This document shows, piece after piece, positions 15,862 through 23,826 of a stretch of 24,000 bases of DNA (position 1 is the first letter of the stretch; the number at the start of each line of letters is the position of its first letter). The notes below the pieces were generated by a model. The model searched no databases and had not been told where the DNA came from. It saw only the letters and a list, made by a program, of their open reading frames with translations. This stretch comes from an uncultured Barnesiella sp. (GTDB taxonomy: Bacteria; Bacteroidota; Bacteroidia; Bacteroidales; Barnesiellaceae). The position numbers were made by a program, and so were the translations under genes. The stretch spans positions 1-24,000 of the forward strand of contig CALUFO010000005.1 of assembly GCA_944320015.1 (NCBI GenBank), given 5' to 3'.

Positions 15862-18800
15862 TTACTGGCCGGTTACGCACAATTTCTTGGTGCGAGTGGT
15901 CTCGTGCTGGTTGTCGGTCGAGATAATGGCTTTGTACAGATAGATTCCGCCGGGGACCCTGCTGCCGCTGCTGTTTGTCAAATCCCATGTGACAGGATAG
16001 GACCGATACATGTCGGAGAGCCCTTTGCCGGTGTATCGCCATACTTCCACGCCCATGAGGTTGTAGACGCATATCGTTACATTTATCAACGCTTCGGGGC
16101 GATTGTGCCTCAAATAGAAGTTGGTCGATGTGCTGGCGGGGTTTTGGTCGGCATATAGGTCATAGATAACCGGTTTCAGCCCTTGTTCTACGGCGAAGGC
16201 GATTTCCACCTCCGACGAATTGTTCTCGGTATCCCATATTTTCAGGCGCAGGGTGTGCTCGCCGTCGCTTAATCCGTCCAGCGGGTAGGCGATAGAGCCT
16301 CGTCCAAACTCGCCTAACGCAGGCTCGAAGTAGGAGGCCACATCGGTATATACGGTCTGGTCGTCGAGTGTCACGGTCATCTGGTGGCCGATACCGGCGT
16401 CGGAGATATTCAATCCCGACTCGTCGAATACTTCGGCGATTAACAGCGGCGATTCATTGACTATGTCGCCGTTCTCGAAGTCCTCGGAATTGAGGTAGGC
16501 GTAGTATATTTCGGGCCCTTCGAAATCCTCGTTGGAGGAGTCGTTGAACCCGCCGACGATGAAATTCGATTCGTTTCCGCTTCCCTCTTGACCCTCGTCG
16601 TTGTAGCAATAGAGGTTTATGAGGCCTTTGTCATCGGCGAAGTTGATTTCCCGGGGAACTTTGAATGCGATTTCGAAAGTCCCGTTGACGATAGAGTCTT
16701 TGCCTACGAATAGCCGGTTGCTCCGTTGCTTGAACTCGATGGCTTCTCCCTGCTCGCCGTATCCATGGGTTACGGTGGTGATTTCCGAGTCGTAGACAGT
16801 GGGATAGATGACCCCGTTGTAGTCGGTCGCCTTTTCTCCCGAGGGGGTATATATCTCCCCTTTTATGGATACCGAGTCTCTCGCCTGTATGGTAGGGGTT
16901 GTTTGTGTGATGTCGAAACCGTTCACCTCGGTCACTTTTATTTGGTAATCGGGATATAATAGCCGCAAGGCCGGGTCGCCCAGCAGGGTGTAGTTCAGCT
17001 TGTTGCTGTCGGTCTGTTGGATATTGCATTTGGCTTCGCGCAGAATATCGCCGAGGCGGGGATATTCGAGGTTTTCGTCTTTTTTGAAGATTTCCCGGGC
17101 GATGCCGCTATTGATGTAGTGGTTGTCGCTGATGTAGACGACCCGGGTGGTGGTGATGAGCGCGATGCCGCCTCCGTCGGGGTTCAGGCACAGGATTTCG
17201 CCGGCCGAGGTGCTCTCGTGGTCATAGCGCCCGAAGTCGCAAGTGGCCGTGATGAACAGCGGTAGCCGTTTCAAGTACATCGATTGTATGTCGGTGATGT
17301 TCAGCAAATTCTCGTGAGTCCATGCGACCGTGCTGCCGTGCCCGATGTAGTCGATGACCAGCACCCCGTCGTCCAAGACTTGGAGCAATTTCTTTTTGGC
17401 GGCGGGATATGTGCGCCCTGTGGAGGCGATTTCGGCCGTATAGGCGTCGATGTAGATTTTGTTGATAAAGCAGTGTGCGTCGCTGTTTTCCAGTATGGAG
17501 CAAATGTCTTCGGCTTGTTTCATGTGCGCCGCGTAGTTTTCGTCGTCGGCGACGACGCAAACTTGGTTTTTCCACGTCCCTTTGTCGCTGTTGTGGACGT
17601 AGTTGTAGAGTTTGTTTACCACATTTTGGGCTTCTTGCTCGCTTTGCACGGGCAGCCGCCCTACGCTCACACGGAGTTTGTCGGCGGCGATGGTTTGCCC
17701 GGAGTTGTCGTCGAGAAACCCGAAGTAGTCGTCGGTCGTATAGGAGGCCCGTTCGTCGGTGCCGGTGCCGTGCTGGTAAGTCAGCAGAGTGGGATATTTC
17801 ACATATTTGCCGGTTTCGCCTATTTTGCGATTGTCATATAGTCCTTTCCCGAAAAGCAGCAGGTATAGCTGTTTGCCGTTGGTGCCGCCTTCGCGGTCGA
17901 AAAACATTTTCATCAGCCGGCGATAGGCTGTGGCGTCGGGCGTACCCGAAGAAAACTCGTTGAACACGGTCTCGTGGTCGATGACGGCGACTTCCATGCC
18001 GTCGACTTCTTGGTGCAACCGGGCAATCTCTTCGGCATAGGCGATGTATTCTTTGGGAGTGAGAATCACCATGTCGGGGGTAGCCATGCCGTGCAGGTCT
18101 TGGTTGGCCACGGTCTCGATAAACTCTACCGAAGCCACGGTGGCCTGCTCGTCAAAAGCGATGTATTCTTCGTTATCCTTGGTGGGAACAAAACGGGCGT
18201 TGCCGTTGTCGTTACGGGGGATAATGTTTACAGGCTGTTGGGGGTTTGAGATGTCCCAAATGTGGATTGCCGGGGTATAGCCTTGCAGGCTGTAACAGCC
18301 ATTCTCGGGGAGTTGGGCCAACCTGAATTGAAGGCTCCCGTTGTAGAGTTGCAGCTTGCGCTTGTAGTTGAACCGGAAGTAGTCGAGGCGGGCTAAGGTG
18401 AGGCTCCCCCTGTTTTGCCGGAACAGCAGGTTGAAGTCGAGTTCTTCGCTGTCGAGGTAGATCTCTTTGAGCGTGGAGGTCGTTTTCACAAAATCGTAGG
18501 AACTTTCCGACCCCGACGAGATATTGTCGGTGTTGCTCTCGGGCAGAGTTTCGCCGTTGTGGGTGAAGATGAGCTTGCTGTTCCCACCTACCACTTTCGC
18601 GCCGAATGCCGTGCGCAGCTTTACCGGCGCCGAATTGTCTACTCCCGGTAATTCGAACGTGAAGTCCTGTGAGGCGTTGTAGCGGAAGTCCTCGCCTAAG
18701 AATAGCCGACCGGTCGAGCCGGGAGAGTATAGGTCTTGTTCATAAACGGCATGCTCGTCAAACGAGGTAATGTCGGTCATGCCGTCTGTGGCGCCGCCGT

Positions 18801-19293
18801 CGCGCTCGGACAACGTGGCGGTCTTGCTTTTGCTATCGGTGAGGAAGTAGTATCCGGCGATAGAATAAGGATTCTGCTCGTGGGAGTACTCGCCCGATCG
18901 CGAGTCGTATTTCCACGAAATAGGCCCTTGTGCGTAGAAAAGTATTTTGCTGTCGGTGTAGACGACCGGTATTTGGGGCAGGTCGTCAATATCGTTTTCA
19001 GAGAAAGTCTCGGGCAAAATGGCACCGCCATATCCAAACACAGTTACGGCCGAAGGATCGGAGAATCCCCATTTGCTCAGTTCTTGGTAGGTGATTTGAT
19101 GAATCCCCGACTCGTAAACGGCCACTTTCACCCACAGGCCGTCGGCCAGTTGCGAGTGCGAGGCGTAATGGTCGGCATTCAGCGCATGCGCCGTCGCCGA
19201 GACAAGAAGCGTCACGCACAGGCATATACCTGTGCGCAAGCGTCGCAGCGGGTTTGTAGTGAGTATATTATAATGTTTTACAATCTCTTTCAT
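15862..19293 (-). CDS. PorU-like C25 family peptidase with T9SS/FlgD-like C-terminal domain (paralog of the 8955-12362 gene)
   Basis: GLWVKVAVYESGIHQITYQELSKWGFSDPSAVTVFGYGG, EFSSGTPDATAYRRLMKMFFDREGG, IDYIGHGSTVAWTHENLL, FITATCDFGRYD; start set at MKEIVKHYN. Confidence 0.87.
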   Translation of the reverse strand: MKEIVKHYNILTTNPLRRLRTGICLCVTLLVSATAHALNADHYASHSQLADGLWVKVAVYESGIHQITYQELSKWGFSDPSAVTVFGYGGAILPETFSENDIDDLPQIPVVYTDSKILFYAQGPISWKYDSRSGEYSHEQNPYSIAGYYFLTDSKSKTATLSERDGGATDGMTDITSFDEHAVYEQDLYSPGSTGRLFLGEDFRYNASQDFTFELPGVDNSAPVKLRTAFGAKVVGGNSKLIFTHNGETLPESNTDNISSGSESSYDFVKTTSTLKEIYLDSEELDFNLLFRQNRGSLTLARLDYFRFNYKRKLQLYNGSLQFRLAQLPENGCYSLQGYTPAIHIWDISNPQQPVNIIPRNDNGNARFVPTKDNEEYIAFDEQATVASVEFIETVANQDLHGMATPDMVILTPKEYIAYAEEIARLHQEVDGMEVAVIDHETVFNEFSSGTPDATAYRRLMKMFFDREGGTNGKQLYLLLFGKGLYDNRKIGETGKYVKYPTLLTYQHGTGTDERASYTTDDYFGFLDDNSGQTIAADKLRVSVGRLPVQSEQEAQNVVNKLYNYVHNSDKGTWKNQVCVVADDENYAAHMKQAEDICSILENSDAHCFINKIYIDAYTAEIASTGRTYPAAKKKLLQVLDDGVLVIDYIGHGSTVAWTHENLLNITDIQSMYLKRLPLFITATCDFGRYDHESTSAGEILCLNPDGGGIALITTTRVVYISDNHYINSGIAREIFKKDENLEYPRLGDILREAKCNIQQTDSNKLNYTLLGDPALRLLYPDYQIKVTEVNGFDITQTTPTIQARDSVSIKGEIYTPSGEKATDYNGVIYPTVYDSEITTVTHGYGEQGEAIEFKQRSNRLFVGKDSIVNGTFEIAFKVPREINFADDKGLINLYCYNDEGQEGSGNESNFIVGGFNDSSNEDFEGPEIYYAYLNSEDFENGDIVNESPLLIAEVFDESGLNISDAGIGHQMTVTLDDQTVYTDVASYFEPALGEFGRGSIAYPLDGLSDGEHTLRLKIWDTENNSSEVEIAFAVEQGLKPVIYDLYADQNPASTSTNFYLRHNRPEALINVTICVYNLMGVEVWRYTGKGLSDMYRSYPVTWDLTNSSGSRVPGGIYLYKAIISTDNQHETTRTKKLCVTGQ

Positions 19294-19413
19294 GTATCCT
19301 ATATAACGCAAAACCTCCCGAATTATTGCCGCAGGTAAAAATATTCGTTTGTTCTTCTCAGCGGTAGGTAGCAAACTCTCCCTCTGTGCCCCTTGCAATC
19401 GGTAAGTGGATAC

Positions 19414-19475
19414 TTTTAAACTCCCCTCTATGTTCCCGTAAGGGAATATAGGGGAGTGCCGTAGCGAGGGGGTTG
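19414..19475 (+). repeat. Palindromic element E, tip TTCCC-GTAA-GGGAA
   Basis: tttaaactcccctctatgttcccgtaagggaatataggggagtgccgtagcgagggggttgaa. Confidence 0.85.
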
Positions 19476-19518
19476 AATCTCCTCTGCGTTTACTATAATC
19501 GGCAAGGCGGTACTTTCA

Positions 19519-19590
19519 TTTAAACTCCTCCCCTGTGTTTTGCGGAGCAAAATATAGGGGAGGTGTCACGCAGTGACGGAGGGGTTTAAA
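19519..19590 (+). repeat. Palindromic element E, tip TTTTGC-GGA-GCAAAA; second hairpin GTCAC-GCA-GTGAC
   Basis: tttaaactcctcccctgtgttttgcggagcaaaatataggggaggtgtcacgcagtgacggaggggtttaaa. Confidence 0.92.
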
Positions 19591-19601
19591 TGTTTTTATA
19601 A

Positions 19602-19637
19602 CAGCCATATAGGGGAGACACCGAGGAGAGGGGTTGA
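19602..19637 (+). repeat. 3' half of a palindromic element E
   Basis: cagccatataggggagacaccgaggagaggggttga; the 5' arm is missing. Confidence 0.65.
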
Positions 19638-19646
19638 AAAAATAGC

Positions 19647-19849
19647 AAACATGTCCGGCAGGGAAAACCGCCTTTATCGGGCCGGGAGGACGCCTGCCGG
19701 CGGAGGAAACAGGGCGAGGACTGTCTGAGCGAAGCGAGTTCCGCAGCCCCCGACGGCGGCAGCGGCGGCCGAGCGAATAAGCCCGATAACAGCGGCGGCG
19801 CTTCTTGGTTCCTTCTTCTCGCTGTTGAGAAGAATGAACAAATAGAAAT
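19647..19849 (-). repeat. B-type structured repeat, copy 2
   Basis: Reverse complement matches 6788-6992 over its full length. Inverted repeats are at 19674-19682/19781-19789 (TTATCGGGC/GCCCGATAA) and 19655-19662/19693-19700 (CCGGCAGG/CCTGCCGG). Confidence 0.88.
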
Positions 19850-19910
19850 CCTCTGTGTTTTGCGGAGCAAAATATAGGGGAGGTGTCACGCAGTTTACGG
19901 AGGGGCTTAA
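19850..19910 (+). repeat. Palindromic element E fused to B copy 2
   Basis: cctctgtgttttgcggagcaaaatataggggaggtgtcacgcagtttacggaggggctta; the outer TTTAAACTCCT terminus is replaced by the B repeat. Confidence 0.8.
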
Positions 19911-20051
19911 ACGCTCATATACAGATTCCTAAGTTCTCGGAGGGGATTAAAGAAAAAAGGGATTGGACACAAAGGGAAAGCGGCGCACGGGGGGAGGAGA
20001 GGTTCCATTCTCCCCTGTGTCACGACAGTGATAAAAGGGAAACTCCGAGCC

Positions 20052-20753
20052 TCACAGCCGCCCCTCGTCGGCATAGCTGAAATAGCTGTCCTCTCCCACG
20101 ATAATATGGTCGAGAACCGCTATATCGAACAGAGCGGCGGCCGAACGTATCTTCTCGGTCACCTTGTCATCGGCGCCGCTGGGACGAAGGTTGTTCGACG
20201 GGTGGTTATGACACAGGACAATCGCCGAGGCCAGTTGTTGAAGCGCCGAGCGCATGACCAGTTTCACATCGACCACGGTCGCCGAAGTTCCACCTTGGCT
20301 CACCTTTATCGTATCGATTACCCTATTGGCCCTATTGAGCAACAACACCCAAAACTCCTCGTGCGGCAGGTCTATCATCTGCCCCCGCAACAGGTTATAG
20401 GCATCGGCGCTGCTGTTTATCGCCGGGCGTTTGGGCAACTCCTCGTCCCGGCGACGGCGGCCTATCTCGAGCGCGGCCATTATCGTAATGGCCTTGGCCT
20501 CGCCTATCCCTTTGAAAGGTTTCACAAAATCGTCGATGCCGTATTTCCCCAAGTTATTCAAGCTGTTCCCCGCCGCGTTGAGAATGCGCTGCGAAAGTTC
20601 CACCGCCGTCTCGTTGACATTCCCCGACCCGATGAGTATGGCAATCAGCTCGGCGTTGCTCAATGAGCGAATCCCATGCAGCATCATCTTTTCCCGGGGA
20701 CGGTCTTCAAGCGCCCATTCGGTAATCCTCAGTTTCTCCCGGCTGCTTCCCAT
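20052..20753 (-). CDS. radC: RadC family JAB-domain protein
   Basis: RPREKMMLHGIRSLSNAELIAILIGSG...VLLLNRANRVIDTIKVSQGGTSATVVDVKLVMRSAL...AIVLCHNHPSNNLRPSGADDKVTEKIRSAAALFDIAVLDHIIVG. Confidence 0.96.
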   Translation of the reverse strand: MGSSREKLRITEWALEDRPREKMMLHGIRSLSNAELIAILIGSGNVNETAVELSQRILNAAGNSLNNLGKYGIDDFVKPFKGIGEAKAITIMAALEIGRRRRDEELPKRPAINSSADAYNLLRGQMIDLPHEEFWVLLLNRANRVIDTIKVSQGGTSATVVDVKLVMRSALQQLASAIVLCHNHPSNNLRPSGADDKVTEKIRSAAALFDIAVLDHIIVGEDSYFSYADEGRL

Positions 20754-20755
20754 GA

Positions 20756-21751
20756 CTATCTCCCTTTTCGCAAACGTATTTCCTCGGCCTCGTCCCTGCC
20801 TCTGCCCAATACGACTTTTAAGAAAAAGGCCTTCAAGAATCCCAATCCATAGCCCCCCAATTGTATCACGCTGGCGACTACCGACAGCGCGGCGATTTTC
20901 AGCCTACGGTTCATGCACCACGAAACAACAAAGACCGCCAGCAGATAAACCGCCAACGGCAAAATGGCCGGCCACCAGAAAAACGAGCCGACAATCATAG
21001 CCAACGACCCTACGACAAAACAAGCCGGGAACCAATGCACCAGTTTCAGCGTATCGGGGTAAAGCAGGTAAAGCGATATGCGAGACATACCGAATATATA
21101 TATCTGACGGAAAAACAGCCGCATACTCATGCGGCGCTTGTGATAGACATAAGCGTCGCGGATAAGAGCGATGCCGAATCCTGCCTGCCGAATGCGGGTA
21201 CTCATATCGATGTCCTCGCTAAACATCTCCCTGAATCCGCCCACCCGTTCATAAACGGCGCGGGAGAAACCCATATTGAAGGTGCGGGGCGTAAATTTTT
21301 CGAGTTGCACCTTCCCCCCTCTGATGCCTCCGGTCGTAAGGAACGACGTCATAGAATAGTTTATCGCTTTCTGCACATCGGTAAACGAGTCGTGAGCCGC
21401 GTCGGGGCCGCCGAAACAATCGACATACCGCTCGCGCAAAGCTCCGCTCAATATCTCGAAATAGCGCTCGGGAATCACACAGTCCGAGTCGAAAAATATA
21501 AAATAGTCGCCTGTCGCCCGCTCCATACCATAATTGCGGGCGATACTCCGCCCCTCGTTCTCTTTATAATAATAATGTATATCTATCGAGCGGGCATATT
21601 GTTCCACGGCATCGGCGCATCGCACGGTAGAGCCGTCCTCGACCAAAACCACCTCAAAATCCTTACAGGTCTGTACCGACAGGCTTTTGAGCAAATCGCC
21701 CACCTCGTCGGGTCGGTTGTACACCGGAATTATAATCGAAAAATAGGGCAT
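20756..21751 (-). CDS. Family 2 glycosyltransferase
   Basis: MPYFSIIIPVYNRPDEVGDLLKSLSVQTCKDFEVVLVEDGS...YFIFFDSDCVIP...FRQAGFG-like GT-A fold motifs and C-terminal hydrophobic segments. Alternative upstream starts exist to 21805. Confidence 0.93.
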   Translation of the reverse strand: MPYFSIIIPVYNRPDEVGDLLKSLSVQTCKDFEVVLVEDGSTVRCADAVEQYARSIDIHYYYKENEGRSIARNYGMERATGDYFIFFDSDCVIPERYFEILSGALRERYVDCFGGPDAAHDSFTDVQKAINYSMTSFLTTGGIRGGKVQLEKFTPRTFNMGFSRAVYERVGGFREMFSEDIDMSTRIRQAGFGIALIRDAYVYHKRRMSMRLFFRQIYIFGMSRISLYLLYPDTLKLVHWFPACFVVGSLAMIVGSFFWWPAILPLAVYLLAVFVVSWCMNRRLKIAALSVVASVIQLGGYGLGFLKAFFLKVVLGRGRDEAEEIRLRKGR

Positions 21752-21835
21752 AACGACAAATATTCTGTTTTTTACAAAAATACATTTTTTCATGAAATCC
21801 GGCACAAAATTCGGGAAAACTCTTTTGTTTTTATC

Positions 21836-21900
21836 CTCCTCCCGGTGGAAGATTCCGGGCGAGGACTGTTTGAGCGCAGCGAGTTCCGCAGCCCCCGACG
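21836..21900 (-). repeat. Partial B-type repeat, copy 3, at the 5' end of the glycosyltransferase gene
   Basis: cctcccggtggaagattccgggcgaggactgtttgagcgcagcgagttccgcagcccccgacgg matches the core of B copy 2. Confidence 0.7.
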
Positions 21901-22010
21901 GTATCCAATTGCGGCTTTCGTTCGACGACCTGCTTTGATGGGGTCAGTAGAGAATCTGCATGAGAGGGGTTGAAAGAATAATGAATTTAGCAAGCTGTAT
22001 ATAAGGGCAT

Positions 22011-22087
22011 TTTAAACTTCTCCTCTGTGTCACGAAGTGATATAGGGGAGACACCGAGGAACAACAGTTCCGAGGAGAGGGGTTAAA
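22011..22087 (+). repeat. Palindromic element E, tip TCAC-GAA-GTGA; second hairpin GGAAC-AACA-GTTCC
   Basis: tttaaacttctcctctgtgtcacgaagtgatataggggagacaccgaggaacaacagttccgaggagaggggttaaaa. Confidence 0.88.
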
Positions 22088-22119
22088 ATCCATAGAATCA
22101 AAGCTGTATGAAAGAGAGA

Positions 22120-22189
22120 TTTAAACCCCTCCGTCACTGCGTGACACCTCCCCTATATTTTGCTCCACAAAACACAGGGGAGGAGTTTA
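22120..22189 (-). repeat. Palindromic element E, tip TTTTG(T)-GGA-GCAAAA; second hairpin GTCAC-GCA-GTGAC
   Basis: tttaaacccctccgtcactgcgtgacacctcccctatattttgctccacaaaacacaggggaggagttta. Confidence 0.9.
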
Positions 22190-22194
22190 GAACA

Positions 22195-22264
22195 ACCCCC
22201 TCGGCACATTAAAGTGCCACTCCCCCTATATTTCCCTTACGGGAACACAGAGGGAGAGTTTAAA
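22195..22264 (-). repeat. Palindromic element E, tip TTCCC-GTAA-GGGAA; second hairpin GGCAC-TTTAAT-GTGCC
   Basis: acaaccccctcggcacattaaagtgccactccccctatatttcccttacgggaacacagagggagagttta region. Confidence 0.88.
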
Positions 22265-22385
22265 AGTCCCGTCTTGCCGTTTGCAGTAACCGCAGGAGAG
22301 GGAGTGTAATTACCCTTAACCGTCAATGCCGATAACGTTTCCCGCAGGTTTTATATCGGCTCCTTTAATGCGGCGCCACACGCAA

Positions 22386-23375
22386 TCACCACACTACTTT
22401 CCGCACGATGCGTCCGCCACGGTTGTCGGTGAGAGCCACGATATAGACACCCGGGACGAAGCCGGTCGTGGGAATGACCACCTCGCCCGGCATCCCGTCG
22501 AGATAGTCACACCATGCCACCCGGCCGGTCGTGTCGATCAGCTCGGCCATGCGGTAACCGTCGGGCAAAGTCACGATTAAGGCCTCGGTTGTGCGGGCAA
22601 CGCGCAGAGGCGCCGATTCGTTCCCGGCAATGCCGCTTATACACGGGTCGGGCGTAAAATCATGAAAGTCCAGCACCTCATAGGTGTATTCCCCATTTAC
22701 CCTTTGATACAACAAATAGAACGGAGGTCTCATGCAGGTGGTATAGTCCATATAGAATTGAGCCAACGGATATTCGCTGATTTCTCCCAAGCCTACCACC
22801 CATGTGTTGCCGTTGTTCCAGACAATGGCTTTCCGCTTCTGCCCGGCCACGGTAATCGAGTCTATACTCGACACTTCGAATCCCGAATAGGGGTCGAGTT
22901 CATCGCCCTCCTGATATATAGGGTCGCCACACCATTCCCGGCCCGGTATCGCGCCCCAATCATCGATGTCCTCGGGACGACGGAAATACGATCCTTCGTC
23001 CATGCGCAGGGTATCGCCCACCTCCAGCGTAAAGTCATACAGGAGCTTGTCGACATATTTCCCGTCGACGCTGTCGAGCACATAGACTTTTTGATCTTCC
23101 TCCCGCACCAATGCCAGCAGCCGGCGAGAGTCGGGGTTGTCGAAATCGCAACCCTCATAACTATACAGCCTATTATAGGCTTTATTGTTTACATATACTT
23201 GATCTTCATAGTTTCCCGCCAGATAATATCGGGGGAATTGTGTCCTCCCTTCGCCCGGCGACGCATCGTAATAGGTCCAATCGGCCTCTTTGACAAAAGG
23301 CACATACTCCTGCGCTTGCAAGGCCATGCCGCCGAATAGCAGCAAACCCCATCCTAATAATATCTTTCGTTTCAT
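22386..23375 (-). CDS. Secreted protein with C-terminal T9SS type A sorting-like domain
   Basis: Signal peptide MKRKILLGWGLLLFGGMALQAQ; C-terminus RMAELIDTTGRVAWCDYLDGMPGEVVIPTTGFVPGVYIVALTDNRGGRIVRKVVW; AGGAGG Shine-Dalgarno-like sequence upstream. Confidence 0.82.
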   Translation of the reverse strand: MKRKILLGWGLLLFGGMALQAQEYVPFVKEADWTYYDASPGEGRTQFPRYYLAGNYEDQVYVNNKAYNRLYSYEGCDFDNPDSRRLLALVREEDQKVYVLDSVDGKYVDKLLYDFTLEVGDTLRMDEGSYFRRPEDIDDWGAIPGREWCGDPIYQEGDELDPYSGFEVSSIDSITVAGQKRKAIVWNNGNTWVVGLGEISEYPLAQFYMDYTTCMRPPFYLLYQRVNGEYTYEVLDFHDFTPDPCISGIAGNESAPLRVARTTEALIVTLPDGYRMAELIDTTGRVAWCDYLDGMPGEVVIPTTGFVPGVYIVALTDNRGGRIVRKVVW

Positions 23376-23394
23376 ATACTGTTCCTCCTTGTGA

Positions 23395-23544
23395 TTATAT
23401 GATTTCTACTTTCGACCCGGATCGTGCGTCGAAATTTCTCTGTAATTCCACTCTCCCCGAGGCATCGACCCGCAACGATCCGCCACTTTGCACGGTTCCA
23501 CCGATAAAAAACACATTGCCTTGGCTTTTGAAATGAATTATCAA
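23395..23544 (-). CDS. Possible 49-aa small ORF or gene remnant resembling a beta-repeat ('coathanger'-like) segment
   Basis: Manual translation from TTG: (M)IIHFKSQGNVFFIGGTVQSGGSLRVDASGRVELQRNFDARSGSKVEII*, ending about 20 nt before the T9SS cargo gene. Confidence 0.35.
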   Translation of the reverse strand: MIIHFKSQGNVFFIGGTVQSGGSLRVDASGRVELQRNFDARSGSKVEII

Positions 23545-23669
23545 TTTTGTTTTTTATAGTAATAAATATAATTATTTATTGTAAGAAAGTAAGATAATAA
23601 AATGCAATTATTCTTAAAAGAGGATATTGTGCATTTAGAAGATGTGATTGTAGAGTTTATTCTTCTCCT

Positions 23670-23720
23670 GCGACACTCCCCCTATATTTCCCTTACGGGA
23701 ACACAGAGGGAGAGTTTAAA
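23670..23720 (-). repeat. Palindromic element E, tip TTCCC-GTAA-GGGAA, truncated
   Basis: gcgacactccccctatatttcccttacgggaacacagagggagagtttaaa. Confidence 0.8.
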
Positions 23721-23770
23721 AGCTCTTACGGTAAGACAATTTTCCATTGCCCTTTCCCCCGCCCGGAAAT

Positions 23771-23806
23771 AAAAAACGGAATCCGTTTACACAGACTCCG
23801 TTTTTG
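23771..23806 (-). terminator. Terminator of efp
   Basis: AAAAAACGGAaTC...GAcTCCGTTTTT inverted repeat just 3' of the efp stop. Confidence 0.75.
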
Positions 23807-23826
23807 CATATTGTTAATCTTGTTCT

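Noticed and set aside
20052-20753. radC as part of a defence island or mobile element
   Set aside because: It is the full-length chromosomal-type RadC followed by a glycosyltransferase. No phage, integrase or restriction genes are in the window.
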